The position numbers and the translations under genes are program-made. Below are positions 15,316-28,978 of a stretch of 64,000 nucleotides of DNA, one piece after another (position 1 is the first letter of the stretch; each line of letters opens with the position of its first letter). A model generated the notes under the pieces. It was given only the letters and a program-made list of their open reading frames with translations, searched no databases and was not told the DNA's origin. The stretch is from the human T2T-CHM13v2.0 reference genome, Homo sapiens: NCBI RefSeq assembly GCF_009914755.1, contig NC_060926.1. One strand, 5' to 3'.

Positions 15316-15714
15316 TTTCACTCACATCCGTGTGAAGAGACCACCCAACAGGTTTTGTGTGAGCAACAGGGCTGTTTATTTCACCTGGGTGCAGATGGGC
15401 TGAGTCTGAAAAGAGAGTCAGCAAAGGGAGATAGGGGTGGGGCCATTTTATAGGATTTGGGTAGGTAAAGGAAAATTACAGTCAAAGGGGGTTGTTTTCT
15501 AGCTGGCAGGGGTAGGGGTCACAAGGTGCTCAGTGTGGGAGCTTTTGATCCAGGATGAGCCAGGAGAAGGAATTTCACAAGGTAATGTCATCAGTTAAGG
15601 CAGGAACAGGCCATTTTCACTTCTTTTATGATTCTTCAGTTACTTCAGGCCATCTGGATGTATGTGCAGGTCACAGGGGATATGATGGCTTAGCTTGGGC
15701 TCAGAGGTCTGACA
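15316..15714 (-). mobile_element. HERV-H 3' LTR (LTR7 family)
   Basis: About 94% identical to 21249-21648 by manual alignment. Preceded by the PPT; contains minus-strand AATAAA at ~15375-15380. Confidence 0.95.
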
Positions 15715-18700
15715 TTCCTGTCTTTTTATATTAATAAGAAAAATAAAACAAAATAGTGGTAAAGTGTTGGGGCGGTGAAAATTTTGGGGGGTGGTATGGA
15801 GAGAGAATGGGTGATGTTTCTCAGGGCTGCTTCAAGCGGGATTAGGGGCAGCGTGGGAATCTAGAGTGGGAGAGATTAAGCTGAAGGAAGATTTTGTGGT
15901 AAGGGGTGATATTGTGGGGTTGTTAGAAGAAACATTTGTTGTATAGAAGTATTGGTGATGGCCTGGATATGGTTTTGCATGAATTAAAAAACTAAAAGGA
16001 ATAAGAGAAGGAGAAAAACAGGTATTAAAGGACTAAGAATTGGGAGGACCCAGTACATCTAATTAGAGAGTGCCCAAGGAGGTTCAGCATAGCCCTGCCA
16101 GCAAAGATTATTTATTTACTTTAAGAAGGAGTTAAGAGTGGCGGTTTGGAGATAGCACCAGGAGATATCAGCTGTGATGGCTTGGAGAAACAGTGTAAAC
16201 CGGCACTGTAAACAAGAGCAGGGCATTTATGTGTAGTTGAGAATGGTGAATATGAGTATGACCAGACAGAAGATAGTAGGGATGACAAGTTTTTTGGGGT
16301 ACAGTCCAAGTTGGTATGGTGTCTGGAATGAGACTGGGGCCTAATAAAAAGGAACGTCTATACAGGAGCTCAAATGGGCTGTACCCTGTAGCATTCCAAG
16401 GACAGGCCCAAATTCTGAGAAAGGCAAGTGATAAAAGTATTGTCCAGTCCTTTTTAAGTTGGTGGCTGAGCTTGGTGAGTTGTGTTTTTAAAAGACCATT
16501 AGTCCATTCTACCCTTCCTGAAGACTGAGGACGGTAAGGGATATAAAGATTTCACTGAATACCAAGAGCCTGAAAAACTGCTTGGGTGATTTGACTAATA
16601 AAGGCCAGTCCGTTATCGGACTGCATAGAGGTGAGAAGGCCAAACCGAGGAATTATGTCTGACAGAAGGGAAGAAATGACTGCGGTGGCCTTCTCAGACC
16701 CTGTGGGAAAGGCCTCTACCCACCCAGTGAAAGTGTCTACCCAGACCAAGAGGTATTTTAGTTTCCTCACTGAGGCATGTGAGTAAAGTCAATTTTCCAG
16801 TCCTGGGTGGCCCCGAGCTTGATATGTAGGCCTGAGTAATCCCTGAAGAGTAGTAGAATAGCAGATGGAACACTGAGAAGTGATTTCCTTGAGGATAGAT
16901 TTCTACGATGGAAAGGAAATGAGAGGTTCTAAGAGATGGGCTAGCGGCTTGTAACCTACATGGAAGAGGTTATGAAATGACAACAGAATAGAATGGGCCT
17001 GTGAGGCTGGAAGGAGACCCTTGGTCCAAGAACCATTTGCCTTGTGTGGGAAAAGATTGATAGGTGGAAGTTTCAGTTGGGGAGTAGGTGGGAGTGGCCA
17101 GATGAAAAGGAGAAAAACTGCCATGAGGGATAGAAGTTGGAACTCTAGCTGCTTTTTTAGCTACCTTATCAGCATAAGCATCATCCTGAGCAATGGGATC
17201 TGATGCCTTTTGATGGCTGCTTTTTAAGCTACCTTATCAACATACGCATTGTCCTGAGCAATGGGATCTGATGCCTTTTGATGGCCCTTGCAGTGAATGA
17301 CTCCAGCCTCCTTTGGAAGTAAAGCGGCTTTGAGAAGAGTTTTTGTTAAAGAGGCATTAATAATGGAGGACCCTTGCATAGTGAGGAAATCTCTTTCAGC
17401 TCATGTAACAGCATGGTGGTGCAGGATATGGAAGGCATATTTAGAGTCAGTATAAATATTGACACATAATTCCTTTGCAAGGGTGAGGACTTGAGTTAAG
17501 GCAATGAGTTTGGCTTGCTGAGAGGTAGTGTAGTGCAGCAGAAAGTATATGCATCAGGTGTGAGGAAGAAAATAGATTTTGGAAGTTATGAGAACTGTAG
17601 AGAGTGAGTTGAGCATAGTTTGTGATTTTGAGGGCCTCTAAAAGTATTAGGGCGGTGGCAGCCACTGCACAGAGACATGATGGCCAGCCTAAAACAGTAA
17701 GGTCAAGTTGTTTGGACAAAAAGGCTATAGGGCATGGTCCTGGTCCTTGTGTAAGAATTCCAACTGCACAGCCCTGCACTTTGGCTGTGTGTAATGAAAA
17801 GGGTTGGGATGAGTCAGGGAGAGCTAACGTGGGGGCAGTCTCTAAAGCTATCTTCAAGGAATGAAAAGAGGAGTGGGGAAAGGATTTAGGATTTATGGGG
17901 TCAGCTAGGTTTCCTTTTGTGAGTTTATATAATGGTTTTGTTAGGATGGCAAAACCAGGTATCCAAAGGTGAAAGTATCCAATCATGCCTAGGAAGGAAA
18001 GGAATTGTGGTTTTGTAGAAGGTGTTAGGGTTTGAGAGATCAGTCAGACACGATCAGCAGGGAGAGCATGTGTGTTTTTATGAAGAATTATGCCAAGGTA
18101 GGTAACGGATGGAGAAGAAATTTGAGCTTTGGAGAAGGATACCCGATATCCTTTGGAGAATAAATGTTGAAAGAGCAGGAGGATGTCTTGTTGAGAAGAT
18201 TCAAAGGAGGGGCTACAAAGTAGAAGGTCATCAATATATTGAATAAGGTGAGCAGCGGAGGGATGGAAAGAAAGTAAATCATGAGAAAGAGCTTGGCTGA
18301 AGTAATGAGGGCTGTCCCTGGAGCCTTGTGGCAGTACAGCCCAGGTAAGCTGCTGAGACTGATAGGTGTCAGGATCAGTCTAGGTAAAAGCAAAGAGAGG
18401 CTGGGACAAGGGGTGCAGGGGAATAGTGAAAAAAGCATCTTTAAGATCAAGAATAGAATAGAGAGTTGTGGAGGAAGGTATTGAGGACAAAAGAGTGTAA
18501 GGGTTGGGCACTACAGGGTGGATAGGCAAAACAATTTGGTTGATAAAGTGTGCATCCTGAACTAACCTGTAAGGCTTGTCCGGTTTTTGGATAGGTAAAA
18601 TGGGGGAATTGTAAGGAGAGTTTATAGGCTTTAAAAGGCCATGCTGTAACAGGCAAGTGATAACAGGCTTTAATCCTTTTAAAGTGTGCTATGGGATGGG

Positions 18701-21228
18701 ATATTGGCGTTGAGCGGGGTAAGGGTGATTAGGTTTTAATGGGATGGTAAGGGCTTGAGATCGGTTGCCATGGAGGGAGTAGAGGTATCCTATAATTGTG
18801 GGTTAAGGTGGGGAGATACGAAAGGAAGACACGAAGGAGGCTTTGAACTGGGGGAAAAGGCGGCAATGAGGTGTGGCTGTAGCCTAGGAATAGTCAGGGA
18901 AGCAGATAATTTAGTTAAAATGTCTCAGCCTAATAAGGGAACTGGGCAGGTGGGGATAACTAAAAAAGAGTGCATAAAAGAATGTTGTCCAAGTTGGCAC
19001 CAGAGTTGGGGAGTTTAAGAGGTTTAGAAGCCTGGCCATCAATACCCACAACAGTTATGGGGGCAAGGGAAATAGGCCCATGAAAAGAAGGTAATGTGGA
19101 GTGGGTAGCCTCCGTGTTGATTAAGAAGGGGACGGGCTTACCTTCCACTGTGAGAGTTACCCGAAGCTTGGCATCCATGATGGTCTAGGGGGCTTCCGAG
19201 GCGATCGGGCAGCATCAGTCTTCAGCCGCTAAGCCAAGAAGATCCGGGAAGGAGTCAGAGAGCCTTGGGCCAGAGTTCCAGGGGCTCTGGGAGTGGCTGC
19301 CAGGTGAGTTGAAGAGTCCGATTTTCAGTGGGGTCCCACACAGATGGGACATGGCTAAGGAGGAATAACGGGCTGTGGGCATTCCTTGGCCCAGTGGCCA
19401 GATTTCCAGCACTTGTAGCAAGCTCCTGGGGGAGGAGGTCCTGGAGGAACACGTGGCTGCTGCGGTTCAGGCGTTTTGAAGTTTTTGTGTGCTGGAGATG
19501 TGGCTGGGGTTTCCCTCACAGTGGAGGCAAGGAATTGCAACTCAGAAATACACTGCTACTTGGCTGCCTCTACTCTATTATTGTACACCTTGAAGGTGAG
19601 GTTAATTAAGTCCTGTTTTGGGGTTTGAGGGCCGGAATTTAATTCTTGGAGCTTTATTTCTAATGACAGGAGCTGACTGGGTGATAAAATGCATATTTAG
19701 AATGAAACAGCCTTCTGACCCTTCAGTGTCTAGGGCTGTAAAGAGTCTAAGGGTTGCTGCCAAACAGGGCATGAACTGGGCTGGGTTTTTATATTTGATG
19801 AAAAAGAGCCTAAACACTAACCGATTTGGGAAAGGTCAGATAAAGGAAAGGAGCATTAACCTTGACTATGCCTTTAGCTCCAGCCACCTTTCTAAGAGGA
19901 AATTTCTGGGCAGGTTGGGGAGGGCTAGTTGCAGAACAAAACTGTAAGCTGGACTGGGTGTGAGGAGAGGAGGTGATAAAAGGATTACAGGGTGGGGGAG
20001 TGGAGGCTGAGGAAGAATTGGGACCTAGCTCAGCCTGGCGAGGAGCAGCCTGGGGAGGAGGGGAGAGGTCAGATGGGTCTGTAGAAAAGGAAGATTGGAA
20101 AGACTCATTGACACTTGGGGTTAGGACTGAGGGGACAGGCGGGAGGGAAAGAAGCAAGATTTGGGACGAGTTGCATTGGAAACAGAGACTAGGGAGGGAC
20201 CGATGTGTAAAAGAATGCCTGGATATCAGGCACCTCAGACCGTTTGCCCATTTTATGACAAGAATTATTTAGATCTTGTAGGATGGAAAAATCGAAAGTG
20301 CTGTTTTCTGGTTATTTGGAACCACTGTCAAGTTTGTATTGGGGTCAAGCGGTGTTGCAGAAGAAAATAAGGCATTTAGGTTTTAGGTCAGGTGTGAGTT
20401 GAAGAGGTTTGAAGTTCTTGAGAACACAGGCTAAGGGAGAAGAAGGAGGAATGGAGTGTGGAAGGTTGCCTATAGTGAAGGAGGCAAGTCCAGAGAAAAG
20501 AGAGGATAGGGACATGGAGAGAAGGGGTGGGGGGCGCTTGCCCTTAGGAAAGCAGAAAAGGGGTGGGAGGTGCTTGCCCCCCAGGAAAGTGGAAAAGGGG
20601 TAGAGACAGAGAGAGAAGGAGTGGGGGGGTGCTTGCCCCCCAAAAAAGTGGAAAAGGGGTAAAGACACGGAGAGAAGAGGTGGGGGATGCTTGCCCTCCA
20701 GGAAAGTGGAAAAGGGATAGAGACATGGAGAGAAGGGGTGGGGGGGTGCTTGCCCCCCAGAAAAGCAGTGCTTGCCGCTAAGGCTGAAGGACCAAGGCAG
20801 GCATCCCTGTGTGGTCAGACACCTCTGAAATGTGGGTGAATAATCAAGCAGGCAACCCCACATGATTAAACACCAAGGGAAGACTGTCTTCCCGAGTCCG
20901 TGACCAGCGCCGGAGTTTTGGGTTCACGGATAAAACGCATCTCCTGTCTCTACCAGAAAAGGAGAGGAACTGAAATTAAGAGAAGGGAGAGACCAAAGTG
21001 TGATTGAAGGAACTGAAATTAAGAGAAGGGAAAGACTGAAGGAGAAAGAGGTTGAGGGATAGTGAGAGAGGTTGGAGAAGAGAGTAAAAAGAGGCCGCTT
21101 ACCCGATTTAAAATTGGTGAGATGTTCTGTGGGCTGGTTGGTCTGAGGACCTGAGGTCATAAGTGGATCCTTCTCACAGAGCAAAGAGCAGGAGGACATG
21201 GGATTTATCTCCCAAGGGAGATCCCCCG

Positions 21229-21246
21229 ATCCGAGTCACAGCACCA
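21229..21246 (-). other. Primer-binding site complementary to tRNA-His
   Basis: TGGTGCTGTGACTCGGAT, 17/18 match to the tRNA-His 3'-end complement TGGTGCCGTGACTCGGAT. Confidence 0.93.
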
Positions 21247-21248
21247 AA

Positions 21249-21648
21249 TTTCATTCGCGTCCGTGTGAAGAGACCACCAAACGGGTTTTGTGTGAGCAAC
21301 AAGGCTGTTTATTTCACCTGGGTGCAGGCGGGCTGAGTCTGAAAAGAGAGTCAGCAAAGGGAGATGGGGTGGGACCATTTTATAGGATTTGGGAAGGTAA
21401 AGGAAAATTACAGTCAAAGGGGGTTGTTCTCTGGCTGGCAGGGGTGGGGGACACAAGGTGCTCAGTGGGAAAGCTTTTGAGCCAGGATGAGCCAGGAGAA
21501 GGAATTTCACAAGGTAATGTCATCAGTTAAGGCAGGAACAGGCCATTTTCACTTCTTTTGTGATTCTTCAGTTACTTCAGGCCATCTGGATGTATACATG
21601 CAGGTCATAGGGGATATGATGGCTTAGCTTGGGCTCCGAGGCCTGACA
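21249..21648 (-). mobile_element. HERV-H 5' LTR (LTR7 family)
   Basis: Minus strand starts TGTCAGGCCTCGGAGCCCAAGCTAAGCC and ends GGACGCGAATGAAA, directly followed by the PBS. Confidence 0.95.
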
Positions 21649-21792
21649 CCTGTTATTAGATTCTAGCCTTATTCATTGTTTTTGAGTTTTTATTATTTGC
21701 CTATAATTTGGACTGGATTCAGACTTATTTCCTGGCTGCAAGTCTCCAAACTAACATTTTCAACTTTTTCTTCCATTTTCTTGATTTGGAAT

Positions 21793-22510
21793 TGTTACTG
21801 GAAAGGGGTCCCGATCCAGACCCTAAGACAGAGTTCTTGGATCTTGCGTACGAAAGAATCCAGGGTGAGTCCGTAAAGTGAAGCAAGTTTATTAAGAAAG
21901 TAGAGGAATAAGTGGGGAGGGATAGCATTAGGCAATATACCTAATGCTAAATGACGGGTTAATGGGTGCAGCACACCAACATGGCACATGTATACATATG
22001 TAACAAACCTGCACGTTGTGCACATGTACCCTAAAACTTAAAGTATGATAATAATAATATAATAAAATAAAAAAAAGAAGTAGAGGAATAAAAGAATGGC
22101 TACTTCATAGACAGAGCAGCCCCAAGGGCTGCTGGTTGTCAATTTTATAGTTATTTATTGATGATATGCTAAACAAGGGGTGGATTCTTCATGCCTCTCC
22201 TTTTTAGACTATATAGGGTAACTTCCTGACATTGCCATGGTATTTGTAAACTGTCATGGTGCTGGCGGAAGTGTAGCAGAGAGGATGACCAGAGGTCTCT
22301 CTTGTCGCCATCTCGGTTTTGGTGGGTTTTGGCCGGCTTCTTTACTGCAAGTTGTTTTATCAGCAAGGTCTTTATGACCTGTATCTTGTGCTGAGATCCT
22401 ATCTCATCCTGTGACTTAGAATGCCTGGGAATGCAGCCCAGTAGGTCTCAGCCTTATTTTACCCAGCCCCTACTCACGATGGAGTTGCTCTGGTTCACAT
22501 GCCTCTGATG
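21793..22510 (-). mobile_element. MER41A-type solitary LTR interrupted by a truncated L1
   Basis: Minus strand begins CATCAGAGGCATGTGAACCAGAGCAACTCCATC...GGGCTGGGTAAAATAAGGCTGAGACCTACTGGGCTGCATTCCCAG. Lacks the TTCCGGGAA block of MER41B. Confidence 0.85.
21912..22077 (+). mobile_element. 5'-truncated L1PA 3' end
   Basis: L1 3' UTR (GATAGCATTAGG...CTAAAACTTAAAGTAT) with A-rich tail; TSD AAGTAGAGGAATAA at 21898-21911 and 22078-22091. Confidence 0.9.
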
Positions 22511-25500
22511 AATCATGAGAAATTAAAACTATGCTTTTCTTAAAGCTCTACAAGCAGAAGCCAGAGAACTTAAACTTTGGGAGAAATAACAGCAATTTAT
22601 ATATAAACAATCTTTGTGCCTATTGAATATGAACTATGCAAAGGGTTCACTTAAACACCTGATTCAAGTCACAATCCAGGAAAATCCGTCAGATTGCCAC
22701 TGCAATCTGAAGATGCTTCAGAGACTCTAGAAAAACTAGTCTATAGACTGCTTCAGACATTATAATGTGTCAATGTACAACTAAAAGAGTTAGGGAGATG
22801 ATTGCCCAAAGAATTGCCTTAATTGAGGAGACAATTACGTAGCCTGAATCAGGTTCCAGGATTACTTTCCCTTTGTTGCTGTTATTTGGCATTGCTTCTT
22901 TAGTTTCTCCCCGATCTCCGTAGGACATGACCCCCTAGGAATGAGGCTTCCTAGCGACTTGGAATCAGATGAAACTTACAACCACAAACTCGTGTCTTCT
23001 ACAGGGTTTTTTCTCTGAAAGATTTTGAAGAACGAGGACATGTGACAGAAAATTTAAAAAATTTCAGGACTTCCACTCCTTATTCCAAAGAGGCTGAGTT
23101 ATGCAACCCCCTCTTGCAAATGAATAGCTGTCACTAGCATTATGCGTTAGCCAGACCCGCATGGAAAGGTAAAAGGCCTCAGGCATCTCCGAATAACTTC
23201 CCCATAGATCATGCATAAGTAAATTCTTTGCCAGCCTCCCATAAACAAGGACACGCCAGTTGTAACTTTAGGTTTCCAGTGTATCTCGCTCCTAAAACTA
23301 AAGTCTGTTCCATTCCACACTGATAATGTTGATTACAAGCTTATCTTCCCAGGTGTAGAACAAAGACAAATGAGATCAGTCATTCCTCCAGCTACCCAAA
23401 GATGTTTGCATAATTGATTCTTCCTTTAATCCCTTTTTTCTTCAGACATTCATCTTATCTTATGTAAAAATGTAGATTTACTGGGCACTAACTAAAGTCT
23501 CCTAAGAATGTAACCATTCACCTTTACACCTACCTGCCCATCTTCCTACGTGCCTTCCTCCCCTTTAAGGAAAAGTATACATACTAAACCTCCTGAAAAC
23601 CTCTTTGGAAAAACAGCCACAGATACATCTGTGGCTCACGTTTTTTTCCCTGACACTCCCTGAAGCTGGCTTAATAAACCTCAATTGACTGAGATACTTG
23701 CCTCAGTCACTCATTCTGGTTATCTTTCCCAACATGGATGTCAGCAGTGACATTAACTACTAGTTCTGCCCCTTACTCTATGGCATCACTTGACTGTAAG
23801 CACCATATAGGCATGCCACCTTTATCTTCTTGATTTTATTCCTAGTGCCTGGCATTTAAGACATACTCAAGATATACTTGCTAAATTGAAACCTCTCTGA
23901 AGTTCTGTAGAACTAATCATCTTCTAATAAATATATTTTATTTCATTATTATGCTAATTATTTTTCCATCAGTTTCCCCTGTCTAGAATGTATGCCCCAC
24001 AAAGGTAGAGATATTTGCTTATATTGATAACTGATGTATCTCATATGCCTAGAACAGCACCTGTCATTCAGTAAGTGCTCCATAAATACTTCTTGAGGCC
24101 CGGCGTGGTGGCTTACACCTGTAATCCCAGCACTTTGGGAGGCCGAGGAGGGTGGATCACGAGGTCAGGAGATCGAGACCATCCTGGCTAACATGGTGAA
24201 ACCCTGTCTCTACTAAAAATACAAAAAATTAGCCAGGCGTGGTGGCACACACCTGTCGTCCCAGCTACTCAGGAGGCTGAAGCAGGAGAATGCTTGAACC
24301 CGGGAGGCAGAGGTTGCAGTGAGCAGAGATCGTGTTACTGCACTCCAGCCTGAGCGACAGAGCAAGACTCCGTCTCACAAAAACAAACAAAAAAAACTTG
24401 TTGAATGGATGAGCCTAACTTTCCTAATCTGTAAAATGCAGGGAACAATACCTACTGAAAATGGTTGAGTGATTAGAGAAAATGCATTCAAAGTGCCTTG
24501 AACTGAGCTTGTCACATAGGTAGTTACAACGATGCTGTTGCTTTATTCTCCTATAACACTTTTAGACCCGTTCCTGATGTTCTACAAGGAGTGACACCTG
24601 AGGTCAGCCGACTAATCTGTGTTATTCCTAGAAATGAGATGGATTTGAGTATTTCTGCTGGACTGATGTGGCAGGTGAAACAAAGAAATATTTACCTGAG
24701 GTATGGTGAACCCTTCTGGGAAAGAATTCATCCTGGGGAAGAATTCCTGTCTTGAGGAAAGAGTCAATTCATATGTTTGATCCAAGGTCAAGGAGCCCAG
24801 ATACTCAGACTGTCTTCTGGACCAGCCCCCATGAACTCTGCCTCAGGCTCAGGGAGAGTGTTTGAAATAAAGGAAAAGAAGGAAGTTGTTTCATTAAAAC
24901 ATCTAAGACTGTGTGAGCCCTGAGCCCAGGGTCCTGCTGCTTTCTAGCCAGTGAAAGGAGAGGGGCATGCTGTACCCCAGTGGAACCTGTGGAGCACAGT
25001 TAACTACTGATTGGATGTCAGGGTCTGAAGCAGGTTGCACCAGCCCGCATCTGGACAGGCGAAGTAGGAAGACATTACACCATAGGTGCCTTGGCCTTGT
25101 TAAATAAAATTATGGGAGGTCATTGTTTTGGACTGAGCTCCTGCACTAGGCCCCAACAGACCAGACCAAACTAAAATGGAGTCACTCACGCTAAATGCCA
25201 TGTAATCAAACTGAAACTTGTAGGAGGCAGATAGACCTCAAAACAGACCTGTTTCTTTTTTTCTCCTGAAAACAGGAGATTCCAGCATGACAAGGAAGTC
25301 CTCCTATGCTGTAACTCTTACAAAAAAGTAACCTGATGTTACCCAATCAGCTTTCTTTCTATTGTTCTGTTTCTTTGTTCCCACCTTACAAAACCCACTG
25401 TTCTGCCAGGCACAGTGGCTCACGCCTGTAATCCCAACACTTTGGGAGGCTGAGGTGGGTGGATCACTAGGTCAGGAGATCAAGACTATCCTGGTTAACA

Positions 25501-25835
25501 CGGTGAAACCCTGTCTCTACTAAAAATACAAAAAATTAGCCGGGCGTGGTGGCGGGCGCCTGTAGTCCCAGCTACTCAGGAGGCTGAGGCAGGAGAATGG
25601 CGTGAACCCAGGAGGCGGAGCTTGCAATGAGCCGAGATCTCGCCGCTGCACTCCATCCAGCCTGGGTGACAGAGCGAGACTCTATCTCAAAAAAACAAAA
25701 CAAAACCCACTGTTCTATTATTTCTCAGTGAAATTTGAGACCAAATAACTCCATGTATGATGGTGACAGAATGATATCAATGCCTAAAGTTTTGGTTAAT
25801 CTCTCAGATTGAGAGGTTGTTCAAAAGGGGGAAAT

Positions 25836-26233
25836 TGTTATGTTTGGCCTAAAGCTGCCCCCTTGCATATTTTAAGTTAGGTTTCTCTAGACACAGTGAA
25901 CTGTAACCCAACTTGATTTCTTAACAGACTCTTCTAACAAGCAGTCTCAGCCAGTCACAGGAGCCAAACTTCAGTCAACCACAGGCAGTCAAATGTTCAA
26001 ACCAGGTCAAATAAGGTAAATCCCCAGCTGTCACCAATTGAGCTGTTTCTGTACCTCACTTTTATTTTCTATAGATTACTTTCCTTTTTCTGTCCATAAA
26101 TCGTATCTAACCATGTGACAGTCCTGGAGTCGCTCTGAACCTACTCTGGTTCTGGGGGCTGCCTGATTTGTGAATCATTCGTTGCTCAATTAAGCTCTGT
26201 TAAATTTAATTTGTCTAAAATTGTTCTATTAAC
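25836..26233 (+). mobile_element. MER57-like LTR preceded by a polypurine tract and other ERV1 remnants (from ~25098)
   Basis: PPT AAAAGGGGGAAAT followed by TG...; ends TTAAATTTAATTTGTCTAAAATTGTTCTATTAACA. Confidence 0.65.
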
Positions 26234-26883
26234 AGCCTTCTGGGGCTGATTTGGTCGCAGGCAGCAGAGCAGTTGAAGAAGCAAATTAGTAAATGGTAGC
26301 AGAACAGAATCTGTTCCAAGCACACATGATCCCAGGAATGGATGGAGAGAGATGTCAGTCATGGGACTTTCCACAGAGAAGGTGGGAGCAGAGACACAGC
26401 CACATTGTACTGTGAGGTTGGTGAAGGTCTCAAAAAAGGATTAAGCAAATGACAACAAAGATAATACCTTCCATTTATCACTCTAATTACATACAGCCCC
26501 TTCTGCATTGTCTTTGGTTTGTTGATTGAGAGGGAAAAATATCTTCTTTCTTAAATAATCCAGAAAAAAACTTTTATTTATTTAAGACACAGTCTTGCTC
26601 TGTCTTCCAGGCTGGAGTGCAGTGGTGTGACCATGGTATACTACAGCTTCAAACTCCTGGGCTCAAGTGATCCTTCTACCTCAGCCTCCTAAGTAGCTGG
26701 GACTAGAGGTGCACACCACAGTGCCCAGTTATTTTTTTATCTTTATCTTTGTAGAGACAGGGGTCTCACTATGTTATACAGGTGGCTCTCGGAACTCCTC
26801 AAGTGATCTTCCTGCATCAGCCTCCCAAAGTGCTGGGATTACAGGCCTGAGCCACTATGCCAGACCTGGAATAAACATTTTAA

Positions 26884-27165
<282 letters not shown>

Positions 27166-28659
27166 TGAACTCCTGACCTCATGATCCGCCCACCTCGGCC
27201 TCCCAAAGTGCTGGGATTACAGGCGTGAGCCATCACGCCTGGCGCTCTTCTATTTTTTACCTAATGATTACCCCAAAAACCAACAAAACCTTGATTTCCT
27301 TCATCAAACTACTTCTCCCCTTTTACCTCCAAAGCCAGGTGTTCCTAGATTTGAGATCTAAGAGAATACCTGGGAACACCTGGTCATTCGGGTTTGTAGC
27401 TATGTATATGTATATGTAGCTGGAAGGCTACCTCTTCTGGCTATGAAGGGTGTGCCCTGTTTAACTCTAGAGGCCACAATAAAACAAGATGCAATGTGAA
27501 TCGTTCCCTGGAGTTAACCAGCATGGTAGCCCTGTGGAACAGGATATGGAATGGGACTTTCCTGCTGTCTTGGAGTTTTGGCTTAAGCCTCCAAGTCAAG
27601 GACACTGGGTGATATCAAAGGCCTCTAACATTTTAAAGTGGTTAGGCTTCCTGAAAGATGTTAAAAAAAAAAATTGGTGACACCTCCACCCAACCCATCC
27701 ATGTTACGTAAGACAAGCCAACTGAGAATCATCCTTAAAGGCCCTAGGTTGCCTATGATTAGAGGAGTGTGAGGTCTCACTCCCTGACTGCGGGCTTCCT
27801 GCCCTGCAGAAACTTTTGGGTCAGTCTCCCCAATTACTGGGGTAAAATATGGTAAGACGGTCCTTGGAGTGTCCTCAGGAGTTTGGGGATGAATTCCAGA
27901 GAAGAGAGGTGGGTCCAAGTAGCCCACAAGAGGCACAGCAAAGAGAGAAGGGACAGGAGACAGGCTTGCACTCTCATATTTGGTGGGACAAGGATGCCAA
28001 AACTTTCCATGGGCCAAGTGGGCACTGCAGAAGCAAGCCAGGGTGAGCCTTCCTGGAGGGATTCTGCTAATGAGGGGCGCTAGCAGGGAAGGGGACCCCA
28101 GCTTGCTGAGTAAAATGTACTTATCAGGGGCAGGAGGTAAGAGGAGCAGGTTGCAAGAATTACAGCGGGAGTCAAATCAGTTTTCTGTAAAGGGCCATAG
28201 GGTAAATATTTTTGTCTTTGCCGACCACATGGTCTCTGTTGCAACTACTCCACCCTGTCCTTGGATAGCAAAAGCAGCCATAGGCAATATATAAATGAAA
28301 GACTGTGGCTATGTTTCAATACAGAAAGTCTTGAGTTCCACTTCCTGTGAGGAGGAATATAATCTAATAATAGATTAATTGAAATTCTGTGTGAGAGATT
28401 TGTTTTTCTTCCCCATTTATCCTGTTTATTCAATCATTTTTTATATCAGTATGGGCTCATGGATGTTTATCCTATGTGTTATCATCTAATAATGCAGTGT
28501 TTATTTTATTGCTCAGTTTGTTCTAGCTTTGACCATGGGAGTTCTTTCAGGTTGGCTCTTGTGTTCCTGTGACTCTTTTTTTTTTTTTTTTTTTTTTTTG
28601 GTAGTGATGGGGTCTCACTGTGTTGCCCAGGCTGGTCTCGAATGCCTAGCCTCAAATGA

Positions 28660-28978
<319 letters not shown>

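Larger units (their letters stand above)
15316..21648 (-). mobile_element. HERV-H provirus with two LTR7-family LTRs (6.3 kb, env-deleted type, coding-defective)
   Basis: Paired ~400-bp LTRs, tRNA-His PBS, polypurine tract AAAAAGACAGGAA before the 3' LTR. Gag zinc knuckle CYKCWKSGHWAKEC (ORF 19355-19540), protease-like segment (18960-19178), RT motif IQYIDDLL (~18220-18245), RT/connection ORF 17447-17986, integrase [16 protein letters not shown] (16552-16770). Target duplication CCTG(T) on both flanks. Confidence 0.96.
13490..23722 (+). mobile_element. Older degraded ERV1 (MER4-group-like) internal region plus LTR (~23041-23722), host of nested L1, Alu, HERV-H and MER41
   Basis: Sequence reads continuously across the HERV-H insertion point (ACTATAGTGTACCTG|TTATTAGATTCTAGCC). 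AT-rich ERV-internal character; LTR-like block with AATAAA at ~23673. Subfamily and outer limits uncertain. Confidence 0.6.

Noticed and set aside
16552-20157. Retroviral gag/pro/pol ORF fragments as functional proteins
   Set aside because: Fragmented by stops and frameshifts, protease catalytic Asp lost, no env ORF. Recorded only as part of the HERV-H provirus.
21229-21246. tRNA-His gene
   Set aside because: Only the 18-nt retroviral primer-binding site; no cloverleaf.
21793-22510. MER41 as an interferon-gamma/STAT1 enhancer
   Set aside because: The tandem TTCCGGGAA GAS block of MER41B is absent (reads AAAAAGGAGAGGCATGAAGAATCC), i.e. MER41A type, and the element is interrupted by an L1.
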